DNA of 64,000 bases from a virus (taxonomy: Duplodnaviria; Caudoviricetes): positions 61,691 through 125,690 of IMG/VR virus record IMGVR_UViG_3300028797_000116; one strand, given 5' to 3'. Positions 50,448-61,523 of the stretch are shown here, piece by piece. The stretch's first letter is position 1. Each line of letters starts with the position of its first letter. A program made the position numbers and the translations under genes. The notes beneath the pieces were generated by a model. The model ran no database searches and was not told the origin of the DNA. It saw only the letters and a list, made by a program, of their open reading frames with translations.

Positions 50448-50574
50448 ATTTTTTCCTCCTACTATATATTAAAATCTACATAGGCTCTTTATTAATATTT
50501 GACCAAAAATTTATACAAATATTAATATAATATATATGTTTATTTTTATTCCTCCTTCATTTTTATCTATATAT

Positions 50575-50603
50575 ATTATATCATTATTTTTATTAAAAAT
50601 CAA
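50575..50603 (-). promoter_or_regulatory. sigmaA promoter upstream of HEG-dnaE
   Basis: TTGATT-17 nt-TATAAT with extended TGn. Confidence 0.65.
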
Positions 50604-51108
50604 ATGGTTCATCCTTGATTGAGCTTAGACTATTAATTGGATAATCTAGCTCCTTACATTCAACGCCATGGTCATTAAAATAATCTTGTAAAGGTTTACG
50701 CTCACTACAAGGATTAGTTGGTGTTTCATATACTATTAAAACTATTATAATTTCTTCTTTAATATTATTAGCAATAGCATAGCGATTAGCTAAGTCTTCC
50801 ATATCCGCCATCATTTTATCAAAATCTATTTTTTCAAGATTTTCTCTATATTGACGCAAAAAAGAACAAGTGCTATATTTTTTATCTTCACATGGACATA
50901 TATCTGGACCATGATTAGATTGTCTACCTTGTTCTATGATAGGCTCTATTCGTAATCCATTTAATATATCTCTTTTATCTTTAAACAGAAAGAAATAGTC
51001 TCCCGTGAATGCGTGGAATCATTTCGGATCCCATATTGCCGTAGAGACTGGAATCATATTCTTTTTAAAATTTCTGATTTGATAAAAATAACTTGTTCTA
51101 ATTTTCAT
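50593..51108 (-). CDS. DUF488-like protein (code 4, 171 aa)
   Basis: MKIRTSYFYQIRNF...STAIWDPK-W-FH...VLIVYETPTNPCSER. Confidence 0.6.
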
Positions 51109-51403
51109 GAATATATCATTCCCTTCTTATATCTTTTGAATTTAAAACTAAATAGCTATCTGGTTCTTCTTCTTCATAAAGAAAATATTGATTTAATTGA
51201 ACACAAATAGTAGGAGGATAATCATCTCCATGTGGATTTCATCTAAAACTTATTTCTACAGGAATATTTTTATCTTTCATTTCTTTATATGTTACTCTAA
51301 TATCATAAGCATCTTTTGAAATAAAATTTTTAAAATTATCTAAATTATCAGTTGTTAATTGACAAGCATTATATTCAATATAAGTAGGAACTATAATTTT
51401 CAT
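51098..51403 (-). CDS. Hypothetical protein (code 4, 101 aa)
   Basis: GAGGT RBS; open with two TGA to TAG; overlaps next start. Confidence 0.55.
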
Positions 51404-51423
51404 AATTACCTCGCGGGCGCCGG

Positions 51424-51714
51424 TTAAGCTGCCTTACTCAAGACTTTAGGCCCTGTAGGCTGACTTCCACGATAAATATGTGTATCTTTATAAAAATTTT
51501 TAATTAAATTAGCAATTATTTGACTATCTAATTGCTCTTGTGATTTTTCTTTACCTTTAACTTTTAATCTAAAAGCATATTTAGTTAATCTAGTTCCTGA
51601 AGTTAAATCTATTACTTTCCAAACTCCTAATTTTCTTTTATCATTAGGTGTTTCCATATACCAAATTGCCCATTTGTTATTAATTATTTGTTCTATATTA
51701 TATCTTTTACTCAT
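51424..51714 (-). CDS. Hypothetical protein
   Basis: 96 aa with AAGGAG RBS. Confidence 0.55.
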   Translation of the reverse strand: MSKRYNIEQIINNKWAIWYMETPNDKRKLGVWKVIDLTSGTRLTKYAFRLKVKGKEKSQEQLDSQIIANLIKNFYKDTHIYRGSQPTGPKVLSKAA

Positions 51715-51726
51715 TCTTTCTCTCCT

Positions 51727-52920
51727 TTAATCTTTTTTTATTATAACTAACTTCTTTGCGGCACGAGTTGCAGCTGTATATAATCATTGTTGATGCTCTT
51801 TTTTATCAAAAGGGAAGCCCTCTTCTACTACGAGCACATTATCCCATTCACTACCTTGGGACTTATGGGCTGTAATCGCATATCCATAAGTAAATTGATC
51901 TGGAATACAATTTTTAAAACGCCAATTTCTTCCCATTTTATATAAAGTTTTATAATCTAATCCTAATTCACCTGTTAAAAATAATTGCTTATCCATAGAT
52001 ATTTCTCCATAGTTATCTTCGGTATCTGACATAAATTCTGCATTTAATAAATTTAGTTTTTTAAATTTTCCATTACAAGTAATATTAGGAGGTAAATTTA
52101 TAAATGTATTATAACAATTTTTAATATATCCAATAGTACCATTAACTAATGGATTTCCTGAATCTGAATAAATATCTCAATTATTTTTTAAGCATATAAT
52201 TTTATCTCCAGGTTGAGGATCTCCGCTTATTCCTTTAAGTTCTCTCATTTGATTATTTAAAGCAACTCTAGTGGTATTAGTGGCACAAATAATTTGATCT
52301 GCTCATAACATCATTCCAGTACTCAAATCAGATTTATTCAATATTTGTACTTCCATACCATGAAATTCAGTTAGTGGCTTTCCCGCCCTAATATCCATAG
52401 TTAATTTAATTATTTCACTTTGCTCTTCTTGTCTCATTATTTCATTTAAGAATACATCAGGTTTATCTAATAAATGATTATCTGCATTTTTATCTATTGG
52501 CGGTAATTGAGCTGGATCTCCAAGAAAAATAGTATGAACTCTATAAGATAATAATCTATCTACTAAATCTTTTGGCACCATTGAACATTCATCTACTATT
52601 ACTAATTTATAAGGAATAGCCTTTACTGGTTTACGAAAAAAACTTCCGTCTGGCTGTGGAATACTTTCAAATAATAATTTGTGCAAAGTACTTACATTTT
52701 TATTACCTTTTTTTTGTAAAACTTGAGTTGCTTTTCCTGTGAAACTAGTATAAATAACATCTTCTTCTGGATCTATATCTTTTAAAGCCGAAACTATAAA
52801 TTTTACAAGTGTCGATTTACCTGTCCCAGCATATCCAGATATTACAGTATAAAGGAGTCTATCTTTATAACGAGCCACCGCCAAATTTAAACCTTGTTGT
52901 TGTTTTTCATTTAATTCCAT
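51727..52920 (-). CDS. RecD/Dda-like SF1B helicase (code 4, 397 aa)
   Basis: GYAGTGKST, VDECSM, GDPAQLPP, YAITAHKSQGSEW, Q-W-LYTAATRA. Confidence 0.9.
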
Positions 52921-52932
52921 TGATAAACCTCC

Positions 52933-53160
52933 TTATTTTTTTAATATGTTTAAAATTTCTTCATTTTGTTTTATTATTATATCGTTTTCTTTGTGTAATT
53001 TATCTATTTCATTAGCTATTGCTTGAATTACTTTCCTAATATAGTCAGTTTGAGTTTTATCATCTCCAATATTTTGAAGTTGGGCTATAAAACCTAATAC
53101 TGTGATGCCATCTAATAAACCATTATTATTGTTAATATTATTATTATTCATTTTTATCAT
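52933..53160 (-). CDS. Small coiled-coil protein
   Basis: 75-aa ORF downstream of a promoter. Confidence 0.5.
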   Translation of the reverse strand: MIKMNNNNINNNNGLLDGITVLGFIAQLQNIGDDKTQTDYIRKVIQAIANEIDKLHKENDIIIKQNEEILNILKK

Positions 53161-53178
53161 CTCTTTTCATTCTTATTT

Positions 53179-53207
53179 ATTATATCATATTTATTTAATA
53201 AAATCAA
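53179..53207 (-). promoter_or_regulatory. sigmaA promoter
   Basis: TTGATT-17 nt-TATAAT with extended TGn. Confidence 0.65.
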
Positions 53208-55028
53208 TTAAAAGAGATATTTTCCTTGTCCAGTTATTTCATAGTCTTCAATAAAAATTTGAGGTGATACATTACCCATTCATTCATTTTGGTTACATTT
53301 ACCTACAACATTAATAGATAAATATGCTCCTTCAAAATTTTCTAATTTGAAGCACTCTTCATCAGTTGCATTAAATTTCATTAAACTTATTTTATTTGGT
53401 AAAGTAATTTTTAATGTATTACCTGTTTTTCTATATACTGTTATCATATCTTTACTTATTTTTAAATTTTCAATAGCCACAAGAGCTTCATCAAAGTCTT
53501 TTCCTCATAAATTACCTAAATTAGCAATAGTCAAAATGTCACTCGCTTGAACATCTACTCCATTGTAAATATAATCTACATAATATATAGGCTCTGCGGA
53601 AATGTTTGCTAATGCAGCATCAGTCTCGATTAAGAATCTTTCAATCTGATCTTCCGCCAGACACATACCAAATGCATTCTCATGACCCTGGCACCATTCA
53701 GCCCCAGCCGCCTCGCATATAGTTTTAAAATTAGTTACGCCTGTTGCTTCATACCCTCTTGCGCTACCTTGATATAATACTCTGCTAGCACTAGTTACAA
53801 AAACTTCAGTCCCATCTTGCAACATAGTTGTATGTCCAGGGTCGATTTCTAAGGTTTTACTTAATATACAACAAGGTCTTTGATATTTATTAGCAATCTT
53901 ATTTGCAATTAACCCCGCAATATTTCTATTTAATTCTTTATCATCAAGAGTAAATAATATAACTTTATGGTCTAACAAACTTAAATCTTTTATTAAAAGT
54001 TCTAGTTCTTCCATTGTTTTATCTTGTTCTCTTGTTTGTCTATTTTTAACATTTGTAGACATACGAACTGCTTGGTCTACTAATCTTTCCATTTCACCTG
54101 GGGCGTGTCCGCGTTTATTAGATGGTATCATTTCAAAAGCCTCATGTTTTAACATAGCTTTAAATAATAATTCTTTTTCTTCAATCTCTCCACTACGTTG
54201 AACTGCATTAATCATAGGAACTATATAAAATGCTGCATCTATTGAAGTAATATGCTCACCTAATTTAAACTTATTCTTTTGTCACATTTCATAAATATAT
54301 GGATTGTGTATATTTTCAGGTTCAAATCCTTTCATTATTAAATGTTTTGTTTCTATTGATGTTAATGACATCATGTCTCCAGTAAGACCTAATGCTACTA
54401 AATCTAAATAATAATCTACAAAATGAGTTTTCATTTTTTCATCTATATATCTACAAAATTGATAGACAACACCCACACCTGATAATTCTTTGTTTGGATA
54501 ATTTGATAATTGATTATTTATAACAATAGCATCATCACTTAATTTATCAGCTAAATGGTGGTCTAATATTATTGTATCGATATTTTTCTTTTTAAGTGTG
54601 GCATGGGCTTCGTAATCATTTGACCCAGCATCAGGGATTAATATCAAATCAAAAGTGTGTGAATTAATATAATCCATACAATCATTTAATCCATGTTGCT
54701 TTCCTTCATGAACCCATCACTTAAGATTTGACTCTACCCAACTTGGGACTAGGTCATGAAGATAATTAATAAGTAATGCGGCAGAGGTAAAACCATCACA
54801 ATCGCAGTCTACAATAACTAAAGCACGACTCCCCGCAGCAATGTGTTGTATTAAACATTGGGTGGCTTGTGTCAAACAATTTTGACCAAATGCTTCTGGC
54901 TTATTAATATCCTCGTCGGTGGTATTTAAATAATGAGCTACTTCCGCAAGTGGAATATTTCTATTTGTTAATATTGTTTCAATAGTTGAGTATTTAGGAT
55001 TAATAGGATTTATTAGTTGATATCTCAT
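53208..55028 (-). CDS. RecJ-like ssDNA exonuclease, DHH family (code 4, 606 aa)
   Basis: DCDCDG, LIPDAG, LDHH, GSARG, GHENAFG; four fragments joined by TGA. Confidence 0.88.
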
Positions 55029-55200
55029 TATTATCCTCCTTTACTATTTGAAATGCCTCTTCTATATTAGCTCTACATTCTTTAATTACATCTATCCCCT
55101 TTTCTCTTGAAGGAGATAATAATATAATAATTGCTTTTAGCATTTGTTGATTAACCATTATTTCTTTAACTACTAATTTATTAATTTGTTTTTGAGTCAT
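55000..55200 (-). CDS. Hypothetical protein
   Basis: 66 aa with AAGGAG RBS. Confidence 0.5.
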   Translation of the reverse strand: MTQKQINKLVVKEIMVNQQMLKAIIILLSPSREKGIDVIKECRANIEEAFQIVKEDNNEISTNKSY

Positions 55201-55390
55201 TTTTATCTCCTTTCAATTCATAATATTTACATAGTCTTGGTAGACTTTCATAATTAATTATCTTATCTTTTAATATGCATTCTCCATAACAGCAATCTGT
55301 TCAATGTATATACACATTATATCTATAATATTTACATCATTTACATTTTTTATGTATTGTTCTATATTCTTTTATTTTATTCATCATCAT
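55181..55390 (-). CDS. Small Cys-rich protein (code 4, about 69 aa)
   Basis: KKCK-W-CKYY...H-W-TDCCYGECIL...LCKYYE; fills the gap between neighbours. Confidence 0.5.
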
Positions 55391-55472
55391 CGCCACCACT
55401 TGTGGCCATTAAGTATGCTAATACATATCCGCATAAAGAGCCAGCCATAAACCAGCCTAAACTACTTAACAT
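55377..55472 (-). CDS. Small membrane protein (31 aa)
   Basis: MLSSLGWFMAGSLCGYVLAYLMATSGGDDDE; TAATG coupling to primase stop. Confidence 0.45.
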   Translation of the reverse strand: MLSSLGWFMAGSLCGYVLAYLMATSGGDDDE

Positions 55473-56563
55473 TATAACATTACTCTCCTTTCAAATAATT
55501 TTAAAAAATTCTCTTTCCCATTGTCTATTGGACTCATTTTATATTCTAATATATTTCATTTGTCAAATATGAAACTTACTTGAACTATTGAACCATATTT
55601 TTTATTTATATCTTTTAATTTTTTAGTCCAGTTTTTTCATTCTTTATCTCCAATTTCTTTAAACTGTTTATCAAATGCTATAATTATTTCTTCAATATCT
55701 AAAGATTTTAATAATTGGACTTGATAATTAGACAAAGAACTTCCACATACTGCGACACTTATATCATTATCTAGACCAAAGTAAGATTGGTATAGAAGTG
55801 TACTTTTTTCTCCTTCAAATATAATTGCTTTTTTTATTTTCCTTATATTGTCTTTACTATTATTTAAATTATATAAATTAAATCCTAATGGATGATTATA
55901 AATTTGATAATTTAAAACTGCTGGTTTATATTTACCATTTATTTCTTCTTCTTTAATTAAAGTTCTTTCTCTAATTCCTATTAAATTACCTGCGGGATCT
56001 CGGTGTGGGATTACTATACCCCAACTAACCGGATCAAAAGCGATTTCCGCATGGTCTATTATTTCTTGAGTGATTCCTTCTTTTTCCCACATAGGAATTT
56101 TAGGCCTAGGTAAATATTTTAAAATTTTATCATCATAAATTTTAAGTTCAACGATTTTTTCTTGCTTATTTTCTTTAGTATTTTCTTCATATTTATTTAA
56201 AATTTTCCAATCTTGAACTTCTATATTATCATTAGAAAAAATTTCATTAGAAATTGTTAAATTAAAAAATTTAACAATAAAACTAATAGCTTGATATAAA
56301 GATATATCTTTATTATCTTGTTTTTGAATTTTTATAATTAATTCAAATACATCAAAAGTTCCAGAACAATCAGTGTAGCAACGAAATAATTTAGTATTAT
56401 TATAATAATATAATTTATGAGTTTCGCCTCCATGACATATAGTTCTAGATATAATAATATCCCCTTTAATATAAGGATCTCCGCCAAGATTAAATAATAA
56501 ATCTTTTATTTGCTCTATTGTTAAACTATTTTTTATTTCTTCTAAATTTTCCATTAATTTCAT
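55472..56563 (-). CDS. DNA primase (code 4, about 363 aa)
   Basis: TICHGG...FRCYTDC Zn finger; IIFEGEKS and IIIAFD TOPRIM motifs. Confidence 0.85.
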
Positions 56564-56578
56564 TCCTTTACCTTTATA

Positions 56579-56607
56579 ATTATAACATTTTTATTTTTAA
56601 TTGTCAA
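56579..56607 (-). promoter_or_regulatory. sigmaA promoter
   Basis: TTGACA-17 nt-TATAAT with extended TGn. Confidence 0.8.
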
Positions 56608-56616
56608 GTAAAAATC

Positions 56617-58152
56617 CTAAAATGCGCTACTTTGCATTTTAGGATTAACATTAATTTTAAAATCAGGCAAATCAATTAATTGATAATTATAATCAGTAGC
56701 AAACATAGGAATTACTCTACAAGTTCCTTGATTAGCTTTGCACCATAATAATATATCTTTATATTGTCCTCTACGATTTTTATATACAGATATTTTAATT
56801 GCAGGCTCCTCAAATTTAAATCTCATTATAAGATCATGGAGTGCATCTTTATCTTCTTTACTAGTTTTAAGCATAATCATACCTAAATCAATTTTATCTG
56901 CAATTGACTTCGCACCACGAAGAAGGTTTTGGTCATATTGCTGAGCTGTAGTATAATCTGCATTAAGTTGAGTTGCTGTAAGAATAAATACTCCATATTC
57001 ATTACAAATATCTTTTAATTTAATTGAAATCATAAATAGCACATTATCTTCGCGGAGACCCTTAATTCCAGTTTTAGATGTTACTTCACTAAGAATTTTC
57101 ATACTAGTATGTAGATAATCAAAAAATACATAGCGGACTCCTCATTCATGTATCCCAAACTTTATTGTATTTTCTATATCTTTCATTGAAAAGTCTGGAA
57201 GTTTTTTAATATAAAGAGGACATTTTTTAATTAATTCCGCGGCATACATAACTCTTTCTATTTCACCATTTTCATATGTATTATATATAATATGACTTTC
57301 ATTTACATCTGATAAGAAAGCTAACACCATTGTTTGTATCTCATCAACTTCTTGTTCTGTTGTAATAAACATAGTAGGTTCTTTAGTTCCATTATCTATT
57401 CATTTACCTAAGTCTGAATCATATATTTTATCACAAGCTATTGAACAAGCATCTGCAATCATACTACGTGTTTTCCCTACTCCTGTTGCGGCAGATCTTA
57501 GATAAAATTTCTTTAAACGAGCTCCGCGCGTTACAGTATTAATGAAAGGGCCAAACATAGGGTATCCAATCTCAGGTCTTTTTTGGAGATTTTCAATTAA
57601 TTCTTTTACTCTATCTCCTGCTTGAATAAAATCTTCATTAGAATCATCTATATATTTCATTCTAATTTCAGTTATTTTTCTATCAATTATTTCCGCAATC
57701 CCTTCAAGAGAAGTATTATCTAACCAATCTTCTTGAGCTTGCTTCTTTTTTGCATCTAATATATTATTTATATCATATAATCAAGATATATTCATTCCTA
57801 CATTATCATACATTCTTAGTAAAGTCATTTTTTTAACTCTTTGGTAATAATAATCAAAAGTAGATAATTGAATATTTTCACTTATTTTCTGTAAATATTC
57901 AGCTCCTTTATATGTTTTATAAGTAGCTAAACTATTAGGCCTATCTTTTAAGTAATCTTCTATTGTATTAATATTTACAGTCTTTGCTCCAAGAGCATGC
58001 AAATTATAAATAGACCCAAATAATATTTTATGAAATTCTTCAGTAAAATCTTCTTCATTAAAAAAATATTTTTCATCATCTAATAAACTTGGATTTTGAT
58101 AAATACAGCCTATTACTTGAATAATTGCCGCAGTGTCTACATATTTTGCCAT
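56617..58152 (-). CDS. DnaB-like replicative helicase (code 4, 511 aa)
   Basis: SAATGVGKT, FITTE, VFFDYLH, ATQLN, LRGAKSIADKID, KNRRG; fragments joined by TGA. Confidence 0.9.
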
Positions 58153-58161
58153 AGTTCCCTC

Positions 58162-58668
58162 CTATTCATCTTTTGTAAAATTAAATAATTTTGTAGATTG
58201 AGTATAAACACGCGGAGATGCTATTTCAATTTCTTCTATTCTTGGATTATAAGTTGTAATACCCTCGTTCATTACTTTTGCTAAATATAAAGTATAATAA
58301 TATTTTTCTGCATCTGCATACACATATGGAATAATTCCAATCCCATCTCGTGCTAGCTCTGTTGTATGACCTTTTATATCATATCACCAATATAAAGTTT
58401 TTAACATTCCAGAATAAGTAAAACCATATTCTTGTTTAAAATCTTTAATTTGTTTTTTTATTTTTGCATTAACTGTATTAGTTTTAAATAAAAGTTTTAT
58501 ATATTTTTCTAAATTCATATAGTCTTTTTCATCTTGCGGAATTGCCGCTTCTGCTTGCTCAGCGCAAGATTTATGAGCATAACGTCTGGCGCCAACTAAT
58601 ATAAAAGGTTCTATATCACGATTAAATTTTTGATTGCAATACTTGCATATAACCATATGTGCTGCCAT
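58162..58668 (-). CDS. Zn-finger protein, possible helicase loader (code 4, 168 aa)
   Basis: CKYC...HKSC; TLYW-W-YDIK...GIGIIPYVY; upstream of helicase. Confidence 0.6.
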
Positions 58669-58692
58669 TTATTACACCTCTCTTATATATTA

Positions 58693-58721
58693 ATTATATC
58701 ATATTTTCTTTAAAAAATCAA
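58693..58721 (-). promoter_or_regulatory. sigmaA promoter
   Basis: TTGATT-17 nt-TATAAT with extended TGn. Confidence 0.65.
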
Positions 58722-58749
58722 AAAAGAAGAAAATAACTAAATCTTCTTC

Positions 58750-59748
58750 TTATTTAATTAATTCTTTTAATTCAATTACAATAAGATTAAGCTGTTCAAC
58801 TTGTTCTCTTGTGCATTGACTTGCTTTTTTACCTTTACCTAAATATTTCTCAGTAATTTGTGTAATTTTAGGTGTCCATATTTCAGCCATTTCAGCGTCA
58901 GTATGTTTTTGAATTATATCAGTTACTATTTTTTCAAATTCTTCTTTTACTTTATCAAAATCTAATTCATTAATTTGATAAGTTTGTCTTTCATCAGTTA
59001 CCATTGTATTATTATTCATTTGAGCTTCTTTATCAATAGCTTCATTCAAAGCTTTGACTAATGACTCATAATTAAATTCAATTTCAGGTTGAATATATTT
59101 AAATCTACTTTTAGCATCTACAGAATTGTCTGGAGATCTTAAAGTAAGCATTACTTTTGAACTTCCATCAGGTTGAACTACTGAATGCGCATACCCAAAT
59201 ATATCTACCATATTTTTAATTATTTCATCATAAGCAGTTGATAATGATGTAACTGTTTGATTATATTCAGTTCCGTCTTGTTTTTTAAATGTTTTATCTT
59301 TAGCATGAGATATAAAGAATAATGAATATCCTAATTGAGAAATAGTTCTAAAAGTTTCTTCAAATTCTTTTTTAACTTTAGCCCAACCATTAACAGCCCA
59401 TCCGCCATCTCCTATATTTTCAATCCCTAGTTGACCACACATATATTTTTCACAGAGAGCGGCGGCGATATCTACTGTATCTACTACAATACATTGGAAT
59501 TTTTCTTTTACTTCAGGTTTTTTAAGTTCTCTTACAATTTGTTTCATTTCTCCCCAAGATGAGACATCTTGAGCCATAATTCCAGGTATTGCGTTATATC
59601 CTCTTTCAAAAGCTAACAATAGAGATTTATCCATTTGAGAGGCTAGAGTTGTTTTACCCGTACCTGCCGCCCCATAAATATAAGTAATATAAGTACTTAA
59701 ATCTCTACTTACTTTGTGAGGTTTTATTTCCATTAAATTTATTGCCAT
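58750..59748 (-). CDS. AAA_24 / Sak4-like recombinase ATPase
   Basis: YGAAGTGKTT, IVVDT, FISH; adjacent to SSB. Confidence 0.8.
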   Translation of the reverse strand: MAINLMEIKPHKVSRDLSTYITYIYGAAGTGKTTLASQMDKSLLLAFERGYNAIPGIMAQDVSSWGEMKQIVRELKKPEVKEKFQCIVVDTVDIAAALCEKYMCGQLGIENIGDGGWAVNGWAKVKKEFEETFRTISQLGYSLFFISHAKDKTFKKQDGTEYNQTVTSLSTAYDEIIKNMVDIFGYAHSVVQPDGSSKVMLTLRSPDNSVDAKSRFKYIQPEIEFNYESLVKALNEAIDKEAQMNNNTMVTDERQTYQINELDFDKVKEEFEKIVTDIIQKHTDAEMAEIWTPKITQITEKYLGKGKKASQCTREQVEQLNLIVIELKELIK

Positions 59749-59772
59749 TTTAAAATCCTCCTATATATAAAA

Positions 59773-59800
59773 TATAAAAGGAGCTTAAACTCCTTTTATA
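59773..59800 (-). terminator. Hairpin/terminator after ssb
   Basis: TATAAAAGGAG-6 nt-CTCCTTTTATA. Confidence 0.65.
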
Positions 59801-59803
59801 AAA

Positions 59804-60745
59804 TTAAAAATTAAATGTCCCTGTTGTTACAGCTACTGCTGGAGCTGATGTTGTAGTTGTTCCAGCTGCTTTTTGAGCTTTATAATCATCACTACGTTTT
59901 TTAGTATCTGCTAATAATAATTCTCTATCTTGCATAGCTTTCTTAACTTCGTCTACTGTTAAAATAGTTTCATCTCCAAAATCATATGGGACTTTAGAAG
60001 CTCCTAAAATAAGCCATTCTCTAATTTTTCTTTCAAAAGTTCTAACTGATTCTTCTCCAAATGCTGTGTCTTCTTTTACTTCATTTGAAATAGAACTACA
60101 ATTAATTCTACCCCACACTTTTGTGAATGTAGGCTCATTTTGAGAAGCATTTAAATCTTCAAAATATGCCATACCATCAGGATTTCTTACTATAAAATCA
60201 ACAGGTAATAAAGCATTTCTAAAATTAAATACTGCTCCTTTAACTGTTACATAATCAGCATCAATATTTTTTTCTGGATCTGCTTCTGTTCTAATTACAT
60301 TTGTAATTAACATATCCATTGTAAATGTATTTCTTTCATTCTCTGGCGCTAATGTAGATATAATAGTTACAAATCCACCTTCATTAACTTTAGCTGATAC
60401 TAATCTATCATCTTGTGTATAAAAATCATTTAATCCTAAAGCAGTATCAATTCTTACTTTAAAAGCTTCATCTCTACCACAATTTATCCAAGTTTTATTC
60501 TCATTAATAATTTTTTCTAAAATTCCATATGTTGCATTTTTATTACCTGAACCAGTTGTTTCAGTAGCATAAGTAAAATGCACTGGAATTACATTTAATC
60601 CTTCTTCATCTGTTGCTACTTCAATATTTCCTGAAATAAATTCTTTTCCATAATTTGGAGAAGTTTGATTTTGAACTGTTTTCTTTACTAAATTATGTTG
60701 ATAAATTCTTCCTTCTACTCTTTCTGTATTAATCATTTTTTTCAT
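59804..60745 (-). CDS. Putative single-stranded DNA-binding protein
   Basis: 313 aa, beta-rich, flexible tail ending FNF, next to Sak4, own promoter and terminator. Confidence 0.65.
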   Translation of the reverse strand: MKKMINTERVEGRIYQHNLVKKTVQNQTSPNYGKEFISGNIEVATDEEGLNVIPVHFTYATETTGSGNKNATYGILEKIINENKTWINCGRDEAFKVRIDTALGLNDFYTQDDRLVSAKVNEGGFVTIISTLAPENERNTFTMDMLITNVIRTEADPEKNIDADYVTVKGAVFNFRNALLPVDFIVRNPDGMAYFEDLNASQNEPTFTKVWGRINCSSISNEVKEDTAFGEESVRTFERKIREWLILGASKVPYDFGDETILTVDEVKKAMQDRELLLADTKKRSDDYKAQKAAGTTTTSAPAVAVTTGTFNF

Positions 60746-60778
60746 ATTATTTTCTCCTTTTCATTACTTAATAATATT

Positions 60779-60807
60779 ATTATAACATATTTTTTCTTAC
60801 TTGTCAA
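60779..60807 (-). promoter_or_regulatory. sigmaA promoter
   Basis: TTGACA-17 nt-TATAAT with extended TGn. Confidence 0.8.
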
Positions 60808-60814
60808 ATTTTAT

Positions 60815-61465
60815 TTACTTTGTTCAAATTTTATTATTTTTATTACAATAATAGTGATTTTTACAAATTTCATTACAAATATGAATTTTAAAAGCTTCAT
60901 CAGCAGTAAAATATCAATCATTTTTACTATATTTATCATATTGAGCTTCAGATAATTTTATTTTATCTAAAATAAAATTTTTTATATTTGCTTGTAATGT
61001 ATTTTTCATATCTGAATAATTATAAAAATTTGATTCATTATCATTTTTTTCTATATTTTCAAAAATAGAATTTGAATAAATAAAAGTTGAATTTGGATAA
61101 CTAAATCTTTTATGTCCAGCTATATATATTAAAAAACTTTCTTTGCAAATTATTCCAATATTAAAAGTATATACTGGAGTTTTAGATATTTTTATTGAAT
61201 CCATTATTGTTAATGCGGAAGTTCAATCTCCACCTAATGAATTTAAATAAATTTTAATAGGTTCTCTTTCTAATAACGTCAATTCTAAACTATCATCTAC
61301 AAAATTTCAAAATCTAATAAATTCATCTACTTTGTTTGCTATTTGTGGAGTTAAAATATCAATTTGAATTTCTCTATTCATCATCTTTGTATAAGCTGGA
61401 ATATCTGTAAGAGTGTTAATATATTGTTGATATTTTTTTCTTTTATTTAAAAAAGATAATCACAT
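60815..61465 (-). CDS. ClpP-like protein lacking catalytic residues (code 4, 216 aa)
   Basis: PIKIYLNSLGG...MDSIKISKTPVYT...AGHKRFSYPNSTF...D-W-YFTADEA; starts ATG-TGA. Confidence 0.7.
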
Positions 61466-61493
61466 ATATTTATTCTCCTTTCTTAACATAAAT

Positions 61494-61522
61494 ATTATAA
61501 TATTAATATTTTTAAAAATCAA
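61494..61522 (-). promoter_or_regulatory. sigmaA promoter
   Basis: TTGATT-17 nt-TATAAT. Confidence 0.55.
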
Positions 61523-61523
61523 G

